DNA of 64,000 nucleotides from Lama glama (taxonomy: Eukaryota), in the NCBI GenBank assembly GCA_028534125.1, contig CM052818.1, forward strand, positions 1,242,001-1,306,000. The letters are read 5' to 3'. This document shows, in pieces, positions 36,078 to 48,889 of the stretch (position 1 is the first letter of the stretch; each line of letters opens with the position of its first letter). Both the position numbers and the translations under genes were made by a program. Under the pieces are notes generated by a model. The model did no database searches, had not been told where the DNA came from, and was given only the letters and a program-made list of their open reading frames with translations.

Positions 36078-39000
36078 TAGATGGGTCCTCTTTTTAACTC
36101 AACCCCACAGGCGAGGAAACAGAGACACAGTTTAAGAAGGAGACAGAACTGCACCTTGAATCCAGGCAGGCGAGAAGCAACTTGAACGATAAACAATGTT
36201 AAATTTTTGTTGTACATACTCACGTCTTTTAAGAAAGATCATAAACTAATGATTCCTTTTCTTTTTCTTTTTACAAATATACTTTGAACAAATTTCAAGG
36301 AGCATGTAGTTGCACTTAATATACAGTTCAAGTAATCTATTTGTGCTGGACAAAGGAAAACATACAGATGATTGTAACCAGGAAAATAAAAATCATTTGT
36401 GATCCTCACACCCGAAAGACCACTGTTTACATTTAGGCTCTAGCCTCCATTCCTGGAATGAATTTAGGATTAGACATATAGCTGCAGCAACTAAACCAGG
36501 CAACGTCACCCAGGGAGTCTTTTAATGAGCTGGGAAGCCACGTGAGCATTCAGCAGTGGGGCGCACACTGGAGGATGTGAATTATGTTGGAGACCCTGCA
36601 GAACGCTTCGTCTCATGAGGATGAGTATGCTACAGGCGGTAAGGTTAAACGCTGCACAAGGTCTTTATAAACATGCTGATTGTAGTGAAAAGAGAGCCGG
36701 GCCAGGGTCAACCAAGCCGGAGTCTTCTCCGGAAATGCTTGAGCTGGAGAAATCACTTCCTGTCTGAGCCTCAGTTTCCCCATCTGTACAATGAGCATCT
36801 ATCTTTCCAGGACTGAGCCAAGTCAGCGGAGTTTCATTTCTGGGTTATCTGCCACTGTGTTTTGGACGATTCCTGACACAGTTCCCACCCAGCTCTGGCA
36901 TGAAACACAAGAGGGGCCGGTATTATGAAAGAAGCTGGGGTCAGGGAACACCAAAGGCTTACGGATGCCCAGAGGAGGGTGTGAGCCCCATTTCCCTGGA
37001 GGGCTGGGCCAGCCAAGCCGATTAGGGGCCCGGAGCAGCTGTGGGCAGAGGGAGGCCGCTGGGAGTGAGGGGATTCAAACGGCTCTTTCCCACCCTCTCC
37101 CCCACCAGCCTGCTCTGTGTAAAAATTCCAAACTCCCAATCAAACCCCCATCTCTTTTCTTCTTTCATTCACCTGCCCATCTTCCTCTCCTCTTCTCTCC
37201 TTTTCTATCCAAACTCATAATTAATTGCTCAAGGCAAAAGTAATGAATGTTAATTGGCCATCTGTAGGAAGACTAATTAAAATCTACCACGCTGGGGTTT
37301 CAAACATACCTATAGCAACGGAGTGAATCGGGAATGAGGCGAGGAGGGACTGAGGTAACAGCTGAAAGACTGCAAAACACCATTGGGCTTAGGTGTGAGG
37401 GAACGACGCCAGAGAGGGGCTGAGATGCTACGGAGAGAGGGAGAGAGAGAGGGAGAGAGAGAGACCCACTTGGTTTACTTTTACCACCGCAGGACCTGGC
37501 ATCTCCTTGCTTTCTGTTTTGCATTTAGCAAACACATTCATACATTCCCCTCTCACTGGACATGGCTTAAGGGGTGGCTGGAGTTTGTCAACACACAATT
37601 TTTGTCCCTCAGTCACAGGCCCGAACACACCTTTTATTCAAGAACACCTGCACCCATGTCAAAATCACACACACACACACATGCACACGCACACGTGCTG
37701 GTTAAATCTCATGCACAGCTTTTCACAAGTTCAGGCTTGCAAGGCCATACCCTGTTGCATGGAAATACGTGCACACCCAGGGATAAGCTGAGACAACCCA
37801 GCGACACAACATGTAGTTACACACAATCACACGCAATCATGTCTGTATCCTGTGGTTTAAATATACACGCTGACTGTATGCAAATGTAAATGCGGGCCCT
37901 TACAGTAGTTTATATTTACACTCACATTCACAGAACCCTCCTCTAGGTAAGGGCAGTTAGACACCCAAACCGCGTTTTCATGCACACACTGTTACCTGGC
38001 AAGCTTCACATCTAAGCGCTTACACGCAAGTACACACACAATTACAAAAGTCCCCCAGGTCAGGGGGGGTCTGCCAGCCTGAGGGATGGGTGGCAGGCCC
38101 TTGGAGCTCGGTATCTTGACAGGGTCCGTTCCCTGGGTCTGGGGAGGCCTCTACTGGGTGGGTTTGACCCAGGGGCTGGGTCCCTTCGACCAGGGTCCCT
38201 GTTTTCTTGTACTTAGAGCGAGAAGGCTGCCTTCCTTTCTGAACAGTTTCTGAGGCCTCTTCCTCATGGCTGTAAAATCCCTTTATGGTAAGTTTAGATG
38301 AGAGTAGGAGGAAGTGCAAACACCAAAAAGTACTTCCTGGCACATGGGGCTGGGGGATGGAAACCTGGGAAGGGTCACCAGAGAGAAAGGAGACAGGGTT
38401 CCACCCGGGGGTCCTCACAAGAGAGGGCAGAGCACCCACGGGCTTTGTGTCAGCTCTCACTGCTCAGGATCCCAGGTTCTCAGCTCAGTGCCCAAGCGCA
38501 TCCCCCCGTCCAGCAGGGGAAGCAGCTGGGGGGAGAGCAGGCCCGAGGAAGGCAATGGCCTCAGTGCTCCCAGAGGGACCTGCACGCCAGGTGCATCCCT
38601 GGAGGTCAGGAGTCAGCCACAGAAGGAATCCCCAGCTGTAATAAGCAGGCGGGAAAGAATCCCTGATGTCCCAGGAGTGACCAACGTGCATGAAGTCAGG
38701 CACTCATCACCACCCCTCTGGGACCCAGGGGGCTTGGCTCCTTTATTCCCACCTGACACGTGAGGACACCCAGCTGCTCCGATTACACAGGGCCACGTGG
38801 CTGTAAGAGGCCAAGCCAGGCCACAGAAGCCAGGCCCGGTGCTGGCCCTCTCCCCGTACAGGACAGGAAAGAGCGGGGCTCGCTTGCCTGCCTGTGGACT
38901 TTCCGGAGAGCTGCAGGCCCTTGGGGATCTCCCTCTGCCAGGCTACGGCCTTAGGGTGCTCTGGGAGGAACAGGCGTGCACGTGCACGCACACACACACA

Positions 39001-40207
39001 CACGCACACACACAGGCTGTCACACGCACGCTCACACACACCACCCTATGACAGCTTCTACATTTGGAGCTGACAGATGTGCTAGGTAACAGCTCGGCAC
39101 CGCCTGTGCAGCTGAGGCCCCGCAGCGGAGTGGGATTATTTCCAGCGAGGCTCAGGGCGGCTGCGTGAGCACAGGCCCGGGTGTGTGTGAGTGTGTGAGT
39201 TTGTGTGAGAGAAAGAGAGTGTGTGAGTGTGCGTGCTTCTCTTGATCTCTGTCCCTCCATCTGAATCTGCCTTACTAGGTTTCACATCTTTCTGCCCGTT
39301 TGTTTCCCTCCCTGTTTCCCCATCTTCCTCTTCCTGTCCTGCCCACTCTGTGTGTGATTTTTGTCGTCTTGGCCTTGAAAGCTCCAGAAAGGAGTGAAGA
39401 CTTGCCTCCCCCCCACACCCTCATTTTGCCCTGGTCCCTTTCCTGTCACACACAGGCAGGCCTCAAGGCTGGACTCAGAGGAAGCCCATTTTGTTCCAGA
39501 TAATGATGCAGCTGTCCCTGCCCTGTGCACAGACGACGGGGCTGGGGAATCTGGGGCTGTCCAGGGGCCAGCTCCCCACCTCCCCGCCTTGGTCACTGTC
39601 TGCAGGATTGGCCTCTTCTCCTGCTGGGCCAGCTCACTCTGACACTCAGCATTGATGTGCAGGCCTCTTCTTCCTCCCAAAGTTCTCTGCTTCTCTCTTG
39701 TCCCTCCCAACTCCCAGCACAAGCTAAGCCTAGTCACGGCCCTGTGCTGACCCCGAATCTGGTTTCACAGTGACCCTCGCCTTGGCCATCAGACTATCCC
39801 TGACCTTTAAGCCTGACTCTGTCCCATCCCCTTCCCCTTCTCTGCCTCCGTTGATCTCTGCCAGTACCACCTGGACATGCAAGGTTCACAGCTTGCTTTT
39901 TAAATGAATTATTTTCCACAGTTCACTTTGTAATGCTCTAGTGCAAGTGAGGACATACGTAAATCCACGAAGGAAGACCAATGGGAGAAAGTGTGTGTGT
40001 GTGTGTGTTTTTTTTAACACCCCAGGTGGTTCTGACACAGGCCAGCCCTACCCACTTCCACAATACGCACATGTGGGCTTTCCCTTAGGGATTGCAAGGG
40101 GGAAGCCAAGGCAGGTTTGAACCCCCACACAGGGATAACTGGGCTGGGCTGGGGCTTATCTTCAGGGACCAGACTCCCAGGCACCAGTCATCATACCCAA
40201 GCCCTTT

Positions 40208-40346
40208 GTTTTTTTTGTTTTTTTTTTTTGGTGGGGGGAGGTAATTAGGTTTATTTATTTATTCTTGGAGGAGGTACTGGGGATTGAACCTAGGACCTCA
40301 TGCATGCTAAGCATGCGCTCTACCACTGAGCTATACCTTCCCCAAC
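40208..40346 (-). mobile_element. tRNA-derived camelid SINE with 13-bp TSD
   Basis: Intact A/B boxes on the minus strand. TSD acccaagcccttt at 40195-40207 and 40347-40359. Confidence 0.92.
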
Positions 40347-42715
40347 ACCCAAGCCCTTTCAGATGCCTCTCTATACACCTGGCAGTGGGTCACTACAGCG
40401 TGCCCTCCTCACTTGTCCATTCATTCATTCCTCATCAAACACTCAACGAGGCCTCAATGGATTGGGTCTGGGTAAGATCTGTGGGATACACACCACCGTC
40501 TGGAGCCTGAGATCTTGGACCCCTGGGGTCAAGCTGGGGCTTGGAAGGACAGGGCGTGGGCAGGAAAGGCCTCTGCAGCAGCTGGACCAAGACCTGAACC
40601 AGAGTATAGGCCAGAAAGACTCCTGCGGCCCCAAGAGGAGGCACCAGGTCTGGAAAGTGGGAGGGGACCCCTCCCTTCCCTTGCCCTGGGGTTGGGATGG
40701 GGGCCTGTGAGCTTGCAGGTCAGTCAGCTGAGGAATCACCTTGAGCGGGGTGGGGGTTGGGGGGTGTCAGCAGGGAGTGGGCCTGAGAGGTGGATCCCCC
40801 AAAGGAAGAAAAGAACTTCCTTCTCTCTTCCTCCTTTTCCCCAGCCCTTCCTGAAAATCAAGGGCCAGGGCTCTCCCCCATCACACTAAGGGCAGTCAGG
40901 GCTGAGGGGATGGGTGAAATGGGAGACAAAGCAGGTGGCAGGGGAGTCTCGCGGGAAGTAACAGTGATTCTGGGTGGGAGCCGGGAGGTGGGCTGTACTG
41001 CGCAAGTCTGAGGGAACGTCCAGCGTTCAGCCTGCCTCCCAGCACTCAGGATGGAGGCACTCCTTCCTCTCTCCAGCCACCCCTGAGCCCTCCCCCAGCG
41101 GTTCCAAGTGACTCCTCTGCTCACGGCCCTGCAGGCTGCCTGCTGGCTTCAGGTCCACTCCCCTCTGCCCGGGTCACTGCGAGATGCTGTGGGGGCCCCA
41201 CCTTGGTGACCGGAAGTGCTCTTCACCCACCTCGCTGTCACCAAACGGGACCCCAGTGGTGAGGGAGCGCGGCTGGGCACTGTGGAGTGGGAATCACCGC
41301 ACACACATTAGTGTGAGGGGCTGAGATCTGTGATGAAGGGCCACGTTCTGTGAGTGAGGGAGGGAGGTACCCCGGAGCCTAGCTCTCCGAGGTGAGGCAT
41401 GGGGAGATGCTGGGAGACCACATCCCTGAGGAGCGGTCCTGAGTAGAAAGGTAGGAGCAGCTTCAGCTAACAGTCGATTCTGGCACCAGCCTGCATTATA
41501 TTCACAGGACGAAGGACAGGGACTGGGGGTGGGGAGGGAGCTTCTGATCAGCCTGGTCACAGCTGGTCACGCTCACAGACCGCGGTGCTGGAGCTCCCTG
41601 GGGTGGGCCTGGAATATTCCCCTCACTCCACTGGTCCTCCAGCTCAGGGGTATTAAACACACCACTGAAAAACTACCCAGCTCGTTTGCACCACAGACAA
41701 AGAGAAACCTTGTTTGTCTTTTGGCTAATCCGAGGCCAGCAGCTGAGCTCTGGGCACGTGCAGGCATGTATGGTGTGTGTGCTAGCGTGTGCTCATGTAT
41801 GTGGTGGCCGAGGCCAGGCCGTGCACTCTGAGAACACACGTGGTTAGCCACTGGAGCCCGCCCCAGTGGTGGGGGAGCTGGGGAAGCTGAGTTCAGGCCA
41901 AGAAGCAAAGCTTGGGAGATCCCCGTGGCCAGAGACCATGGACCACTAAGGAGGCCAAGGGGCTGCTGGGAAGACTGATTCTGGCTCTTTTAGCCTCCCC
42001 AGCCCTCTAGGGTCCCCTGAAAGTCCAGAATCGTAGAATATAGGGAAAAGAGACAGGTCTACAGTCCTTTCCAAGGCTCTTAAATCCCCGAGCTCAGCGA
42101 GGACAAGTGTCAGGTGTGGGAGGGCCTCGCCACCTTGTGGGGACATGCGGTACTCCTCCCTCAGTCCTGGCCAGCCAGCCCCGTGGGGAGGGAGACAACC
42201 CCATGGGGCATCGACTTGGCTCGTGCTGTGTGGACAGCCCTTATATTCCCACAGGAGCAAGGAGCCGGGTGGGGAATCTATCCCACTCACACCAGATGGG
42301 GCAGTCCAGGCTGGCCCAGGCCCACCTGCACAGGCAAATCTGATGCCCTCGGATGCGGCCTGACCACATTTGAAGCACCTTAGAGAAAGGTTTGCAGGGA
42401 AGAATCTTGGAGCTCATCTGTTTCAAGGAAACTGAAGCCCAGAGAGGGAGGGGGCCCTGCTGGAGGCCCTACAGCTTCTCCATCACAGAAAGAAGCGGGA
42501 TTGAGGGTCAAAAGGCTCACGCATTTTCCCGAGGGTCCAGGGTCTAAGACAAGCTGTCCAGACTGAAACCCAGCCCAGTTGGGACCCAGAACAGAGGCAG
42601 TGCAGTGAGAGCTCTTGCCACAGGTCAGCAGGGAGAGGAGATCTGAGCCATATGGAGATGAGGCTGCAAATGGGGCTCCAGGATGATCTGATTTTGATAT
42701 TAAAAAGCAAATAAT

Positions 42716-42880
42716 GGGAGGGGGGTATGCTTCGCATGCATGAGGTCCTGGGTTCAATCCCCAGTACCTCTATAACAAACATTTTTTAAAAATAAAACCT
42801 AATTACTCCACCTTCCCCAAATAAATGAATAAAAAATAAAACTCATCTCAAAAAAAGAATACCCATGAAAAAAAATTTAA
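42716..42880 (+). mobile_element. tRNA-derived camelid SINE with A-box deletion
   Basis: GGGAGGGGGGTAT joins directly to GCTTCGCATGCATGAGGTCCTGGGTTCAATCCCCAGTACCTC; tail contains AAACCTAATTAC. Confidence 0.8.
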
Positions 42881-43986
42881 AGGCAAATATTATTAGCATC
42901 TTTGGGCAGTAACTGCAATGCTAGCACTGTGCTGAATATTCACAAACATTAGGTCATTTAGTACTCACAATGCCCCTTTGAGGGAGACACTTACAATCCA
43001 CTTTTTTCAGATAAGGAAGCTGAAGCAGAAGAGGGAAGCAACTTGCCCTGGGTTACCAGCAAGTGGCAGAGCAGGGATCTGAGCACAGAGATTTCCAATC
43101 TATTGAGGGCAAAGGCTCTGCTGTGCAAAGAAAAGAGCTTGAGTTGCTCACTCCCTCCAACTCTGACCCCGGCCTGCCTCCGGCGAGGGGAGCTGCCGCT
43201 GGCTCTCCAGGAGGCGCGGCCTCGGTGCGCCCTCTGCTGTGCACGAGGAGTAAAGAGCGTTCCGTCGGAGTCCTGAAGATGGCTGGCAGGGACCGTGGCC
43301 TCTCCTCCCCAATAAGGAACAGGGTCACTGGGCTGGCTGGCTGGCTGGCTGTAGACCACCACTGCAGAGCACACATCTGCTGAGCTGCAGAAGGATGGGC
43401 TTGGTCACACCCCTGGTTTCTCAGGACTTCTTCCTCTTAGAAGCTCCTCCACCTCCCTCAAAGGCACGTTCATCATAGGTCCACCCCACTGAGGACCAGG
43501 ACCAGGGGCTGGATGGGCACTACCAGGAGTGACCATGACCGGCCCCCTTAAAAGCTGGGATCCATGCTCATTCAGAGCACTGCCATGTGGGTAAAAGGTA
43601 GAACTGGGAATCCAAGAGATCTGGAAAAAGGACCCCTCCCCGAGGGCCGGGATGGCTGGCTGTGAGTCAGGCAGTGAGGCTGGATACTCTGAATAGGTCA
43701 AGGGTGAGGAAAGGGGAATAAAGACTAGGGTAAGGAAAGGCAAATGCATGAAGGAGGAACAGGTGTCCAGGCATGTCCATCCAGGCCAAGCTTGTTTGAA
43801 CCAGGACTTGCTACTGGGTGGGGCTCAGTGAGAAGAGAAACAGCCCCAGGATAACTCCTCAGGAAATAAGGGGGCACCCCAAGTCTGGGTTAATTGCCTC
43901 AGGAACATTTCTGGGCCCAGAAGAGGGAGTTAGTCATAGGACCTATATCAAAGGAGAAAGCAGGTGAAAAAAAGGCCAATCCACAT

Positions 43987-43992
43987 TTTATT
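43987..43992 (-). terminator. Probable SPR polyadenylation signal AATAAA
   Basis: tttatt on the + strand about 560 nt past the SPR stop, followed on the minus strand by GT/T-rich sequence. Confidence 0.65.
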
Positions 43993-44554
43993 TGTATCTG
44001 CCTTGAACGTGTACATAAATTCTCAGGACCCACTCCCCCATGTTGGGGATGGATGGTAGGTTCTGGAGGGAAGAAGCATCCGATTAAGGACATGAAATTT
44101 AACAGAAGGTCCTGCCACCCTGAGCAAGGGGCATCCCTGTGGGCCGGGACTTGCACTGTCCTCCCTCCCCTCCCAGCCATCTGTGAATCCTCATGGGCCC
44201 TGCTATTTGACACTAGCTCAGCCCCCTCCTCCCCATGGACTGGCCACGGGCAGGAGACCCAACCTCCTCTCTTCAGTGTTTTAGCTTCTTCTGCTTTTCT
44301 CATCCCTAAAATTCTACTCCTGGGGTGGGAAAACACCAAAACCCACAACATGTCTCTCCCAAGCCTACTCCTAACTCAGAGTGGTCAAACCAGACTCCTG
44401 AGATTAGAAACGTCAGCCGCCAGGGCCCTCACAGCTGGCTGGATCTGAGGGCAGGGTTGGCAGTGGCACTGTGGCAGGATGTGGGGAGGCGCAGGGCTCC
44501 TGGGTGTGCCTGAAAGAGGGGAAGAAAGCCCCCCAGGAAGCCAGGGACATGGGC

Positions 44555-44866
<312 letters not shown>

Positions 44867-45194
44867 TCATCAGGATCATCAAAAGCTCCACACTGTCACT
44901 GCTGAGCTCCAGACTCAAATTCCAATGTCCTCTGAACATGGTCCCTCGAGACCACCGAGTCTGCACTTCCTGCCCAACCAGCACCTCCCCTGACTTTCCC
45001 ACGAAGTACCCCTCTCCCAGACTCAAACCTTCTTCTCCCCACCCTCTCTGCCCCCACAGCCAGCCAGTCAGTCACCAGGTAGGACCCTTGGCTTCTGCCA
45101 ACCTGCCAACCAGGCCCCTTATGCAACACTGGTTCCCTCCCTGCTTCAACTCCTCCTGTAGACCTCTGCTAAAGTCATCTTGCTGAAACATCAC

Positions 45195-45407
45195 TGGGGT
45201 CGGCAAAATGGCAATTTCTAGCTGTGCCCCCATAAAAACCTCAATTTGGACGACTAACTGCATATAGAATTATTTTCAAAAGAGCCAAGATTCCAGGTGA
45301 GGAATTACGCCACCTGAGTCGAAGCACAGAAATAAGAAGAGACCCACCGAGGAAGGTAGGATAGACAGAGTCACATACCCTACCACTCCTTGCCCAAGCC
45401 CCGGCAG
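45195..45407 (+). mobile_element. L1 5'UTR-like start running into the gap
   Basis: ggggtcggcaaaatggc...caatttggac...gagccaagattccaggtgag...gcacagaaataagaa resembles mammalian L1 5' ends as recalled. Confidence 0.6.
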
Positions 45408-45907
45408 NNNNNNNNNNNNNNNNNNNNNNNNNNNNNNNNNNNNNNNNNNNNNNNNNNNNNNNNNNNNNNNNNNNNNNNNNNNNNNNNNNNNNNNNNNNNN
45501 NNNNNNNNNNNNNNNNNNNNNNNNNNNNNNNNNNNNNNNNNNNNNNNNNNNNNNNNNNNNNNNNNNNNNNNNNNNNNNNNNNNNNNNNNNNNNNNNNNNN
45601 NNNNNNNNNNNNNNNNNNNNNNNNNNNNNNNNNNNNNNNNNNNNNNNNNNNNNNNNNNNNNNNNNNNNNNNNNNNNNNNNNNNNNNNNNNNNNNNNNNNN
45701 NNNNNNNNNNNNNNNNNNNNNNNNNNNNNNNNNNNNNNNNNNNNNNNNNNNNNNNNNNNNNNNNNNNNNNNNNNNNNNNNNNNNNNNNNNNNNNNNNNNN
45801 NNNNNNNNNNNNNNNNNNNNNNNNNNNNNNNNNNNNNNNNNNNNNNNNNNNNNNNNNNNNNNNNNNNNNNNNNNNNNNNNNNNNNNNNNNNNNNNNNNNN
45901 NNNNNNN
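45408..45907. other. Assembly gap (exactly 500 N)
   Basis: Run of N. The round length suggests a placeholder. Confidence 0.99.
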
Positions 45908-46570
45908 AATCTCCATACTGTTTTCCACAGTGGCTGCACAAAACTGCATTCCCACCAGCAGTGTAGGAGGGTTCCCTTTTCTCCACAGCCTCTCCAGTAT
46001 TTGTCATTTGTGGATTTTTGAATGATGGCCATTCTGACTGGTGTGAGGTGATACCTCATTGTAGTTTTGATTTGCATTTCTCTGATAATTAGTGATATTG
46101 AACATTTTTTCATGTGCCTGTTGATCATTTGTATGTCTACCTTGGAGAATTGCTTATTTAGGTCTTTGGCCCATTTTTGGATTGGGTTGTTTCTTTCCTT
46201 CTTATTAAGTCATATGAACTGCTTATATATTCTGGAGATCAAGCCTTTGTTGGTTTCATTTGCAAAAATTTTCTCCCATTCCATAGGCTGTCTTTTTGTT
46301 TTACTTATGGTTTCCTTTGCTGTGCAGAAGCTTGTAAGTTTAATTAGCAGCATGTAAATCAACGAAGCTAGAACACTCCCTTACACCATATACAAAAATA
46401 AACTCAAAACGGATCAAAGACTTAAGCATAAGACAAGATACAATAAACCTCCTAGAAGAAAATATAGGCAAAACATTATCTGACATACATCTCAAAAATG
46501 TTCTCCTAGGGCAGTCTACCCAAGCAATACAAATAAAAGCAAAAACAAACAAATGGGACCTAATTAAAGT
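45908..46570 (-). mobile_element. Young L1 ORF2 fragment with 5' inversion (45908-46347 minus, 46348-46568 plus)
   Basis: The minus piece translates to the L1 ORF2 C-terminus ([34 protein letters not shown]...). The plus piece is the directly upstream L1 segment, and the two overlap at ctaattaaa. Confidence 0.88.
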
Positions 46571-47470
46571 TTGTTTTGTTTTTTAATTCTTTATTTTTAT
46601 ACAATTTTAAAGGTTACTTTCCATTTACAGTTATTACACAACATCGGCTCTATTTCCAATGTTATATAAATATCCTTGAGCCAATTTTTCAGCCAATAGT
46701 TTGTACCCCCCACTCTCCCACTCCTATGTTGCCCCTCTCCCTCCCCACTCTTAACCACTGGTTTGTTCTTTATATCTGTGAGTCTGCTTCTTTTTTGTTA
46801 TATTCACTAGTTTGTTGTATTTTTTAGACTCCACGTATAAGCGATATATACAGTATTTGTCTTTCTCCATCTGGCTTCTTCCACTTAGCATAACGCTTTA
46901 ATCTATTTTGAATTTATTTTTGTGCCTGGTGTGAGAAAGTCCAGTTTGATTCTTTTGCATGTATCTGTCCAGTTTTCCCAAAACCATTTGTTACATGGGG
47001 GCTGTCTTTCCCCCCATCGTGTAGCTTTACCTCCTTTGTTGCAGATTAATTGCCCTTGTAAGTGTGGGCTCATTTCTGGGCTGCCTGTTCTGTGTGTTGA
47101 TATATGTGTCTACCTTTGTGTGAGTCCCGTGCAGCTGTAATGACCATAGCTTTGTAGTAGTTTGAAATCAGGGAGCATAATACCTCCAGCTTATTTCTTC
47201 CTTCTCCAGGTTGTTTGGTTATTCAGGGTCTTTTGTGTGTCCATACAAATTTTAGAATTATTTGTTCTATTTCTGTGAAAATGTTGTTGGGGTTTTGATA
47301 GGGATTGCATTGAATTCATAGATTAGCTTGGGTAATATAGTCATTTTAGCAATATTAATTTTTCCAATCCATGAACACCTTACATTTTTCCATCTTTTTG
47401 TGTCATCTTCTATTTCTTTCATCAGTATCTTACAGTTTTTCAAGTACAGGTCTTTTACTGCCTTAGATTG
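46571..47470 (-). mobile_element. L1 3'UTR plus ORF2 fragment
   Basis: Poly(T)-like start. Minus-strand translation includes [42 protein letters not shown]. Confidence 0.85.
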
Positions 47471-47514
47471 TCTTTCTTTTCTGCCATTTTGGCCACTCCA
47501 CCCTGAATACACAC

Positions 47515-48535
47515 TTTTTTTCAAAGAAGACATACAGACGGCCAACAGGTACATGAAAGTGTTCTCAACATCACTCATCATCAGAGAAATACCAATCAAA
47601 AGCACAATGAAATATCACGTTACATCTGTTAGAAGGGATGTTATCAAAAAGACAAAATGTCTTAACACAACATAACATTGTAAACTGACTACACTTCAAT
47701 TAAAAAAAAAAGACAATAGGTAGCAAGTGTTGGCAACAATGTGGAGAAAAGGAAACCCTTGTGCACTGTTAGTTTGAACAGAAATTGGTATGTCCACTAT
47801 GGAAAACAGTATAGAGGTTCCTCAAAAAATTAAAAATAAAACTACTGTATGATCCAGCAATCCCACTTCTGGATATTTATCCAAAGGAAATGAGAAGAGG
47901 CTCTCAAAGAGATATCTGCACTCGCATGTTCACTGCAGCATTGCTCACAATAGCCAAGACATGGAAACAGCAACCTAAGTATCTGGCAATAGATGAATGG
48001 ATAAAGAAAATGTGAGATAGATAGATAAAGAGAGAAAGACAGAGATAGAAATACAATTCAGCCATAAGAAAAAAGAAATCCTGCCATTTGCAGCAACTTA
48101 CATGAACCTTAAGGACATTATGTTAAGTGAAATAAATCAGACAAAGACAAATATTATATGATATCACTTATATGTGGAATCCAAAAAAGGCAAAGTCATA
48201 GAAACAGGGAGGGGATGGGTCATGGGGGAAATGGGGAGATGTTTGTCAAAGGTTACAAACGTCCAGTTGTAAGACGAGTAAGATAAGTTCTGAGGATGTA
48301 CAGCATGGTGATTATAATTAATAATACTATATTATTTACTTGAAAGTTGCTAAGAGAGTAGATCATAAATGTTCTTATGGCAAAAGAGAAATGGTAATTA
48401 TGTGATATGATGCGATGGTGGTAATCATTTTGTAATATGTAACTATATCAAGTCATCACTTTGGACGCTTTAAACTTATACAATGTTTATATGTCAATTA
48501 CATCTCAATAAAGCTGGAAAAAGTTAAAATTAAAA
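47515..48535 (+). mobile_element. Old L1 (L1MA-like) ORF2 end and 3'UTR
   Basis: Typical motifs (tatgatccagcaatcccacttctgg, gctaagagagtagatc, caattacatctcaataaagctggaaaa). Confidence 0.85.
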
Positions 48536-48889
48536 AAGAAAATCTCTTCCTTCAACCCTGCATCCCTGAGCTATTTCAGGTCCTCCATTCCCTTTACTAC
48601 TGTGAAATGTATTCGACACTCACTCTTTCTCTTCACTTCCCATTTATCCTTAATGTCTTAACACAAATTATTCCTAGAAAATGGCTTTTCAAAGGATATT
48701 AAACTTTCTAATTGCCAAATCCAAAGACTTTTTCCAGCCTTAATCCTACTTCGTTTCTATCCATTATTTGACAGCGTTGACCCCAGGTGCTGAATGAAGG
48801 CAGGAAACAGAAAAGAGGAGAGTAGATCTCTTTTTATATCCTTATCCCAAGTCTTCACGAAATGTTAGGGAGCACACCTACTTGACTGC

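Noticed and set aside
40262..40343. tRNA-like sequences with A and B boxes (here and at seven other sites)
   Set aside because: They are SINE heads with family-specific tails, poly(A) and TSDs, not tRNA genes.
45241..46128. Long ORFs of 190-295 aa
   Set aside because: Artefacts of reading through 500 Ns. The real part is an L1 ORF2 fragment.
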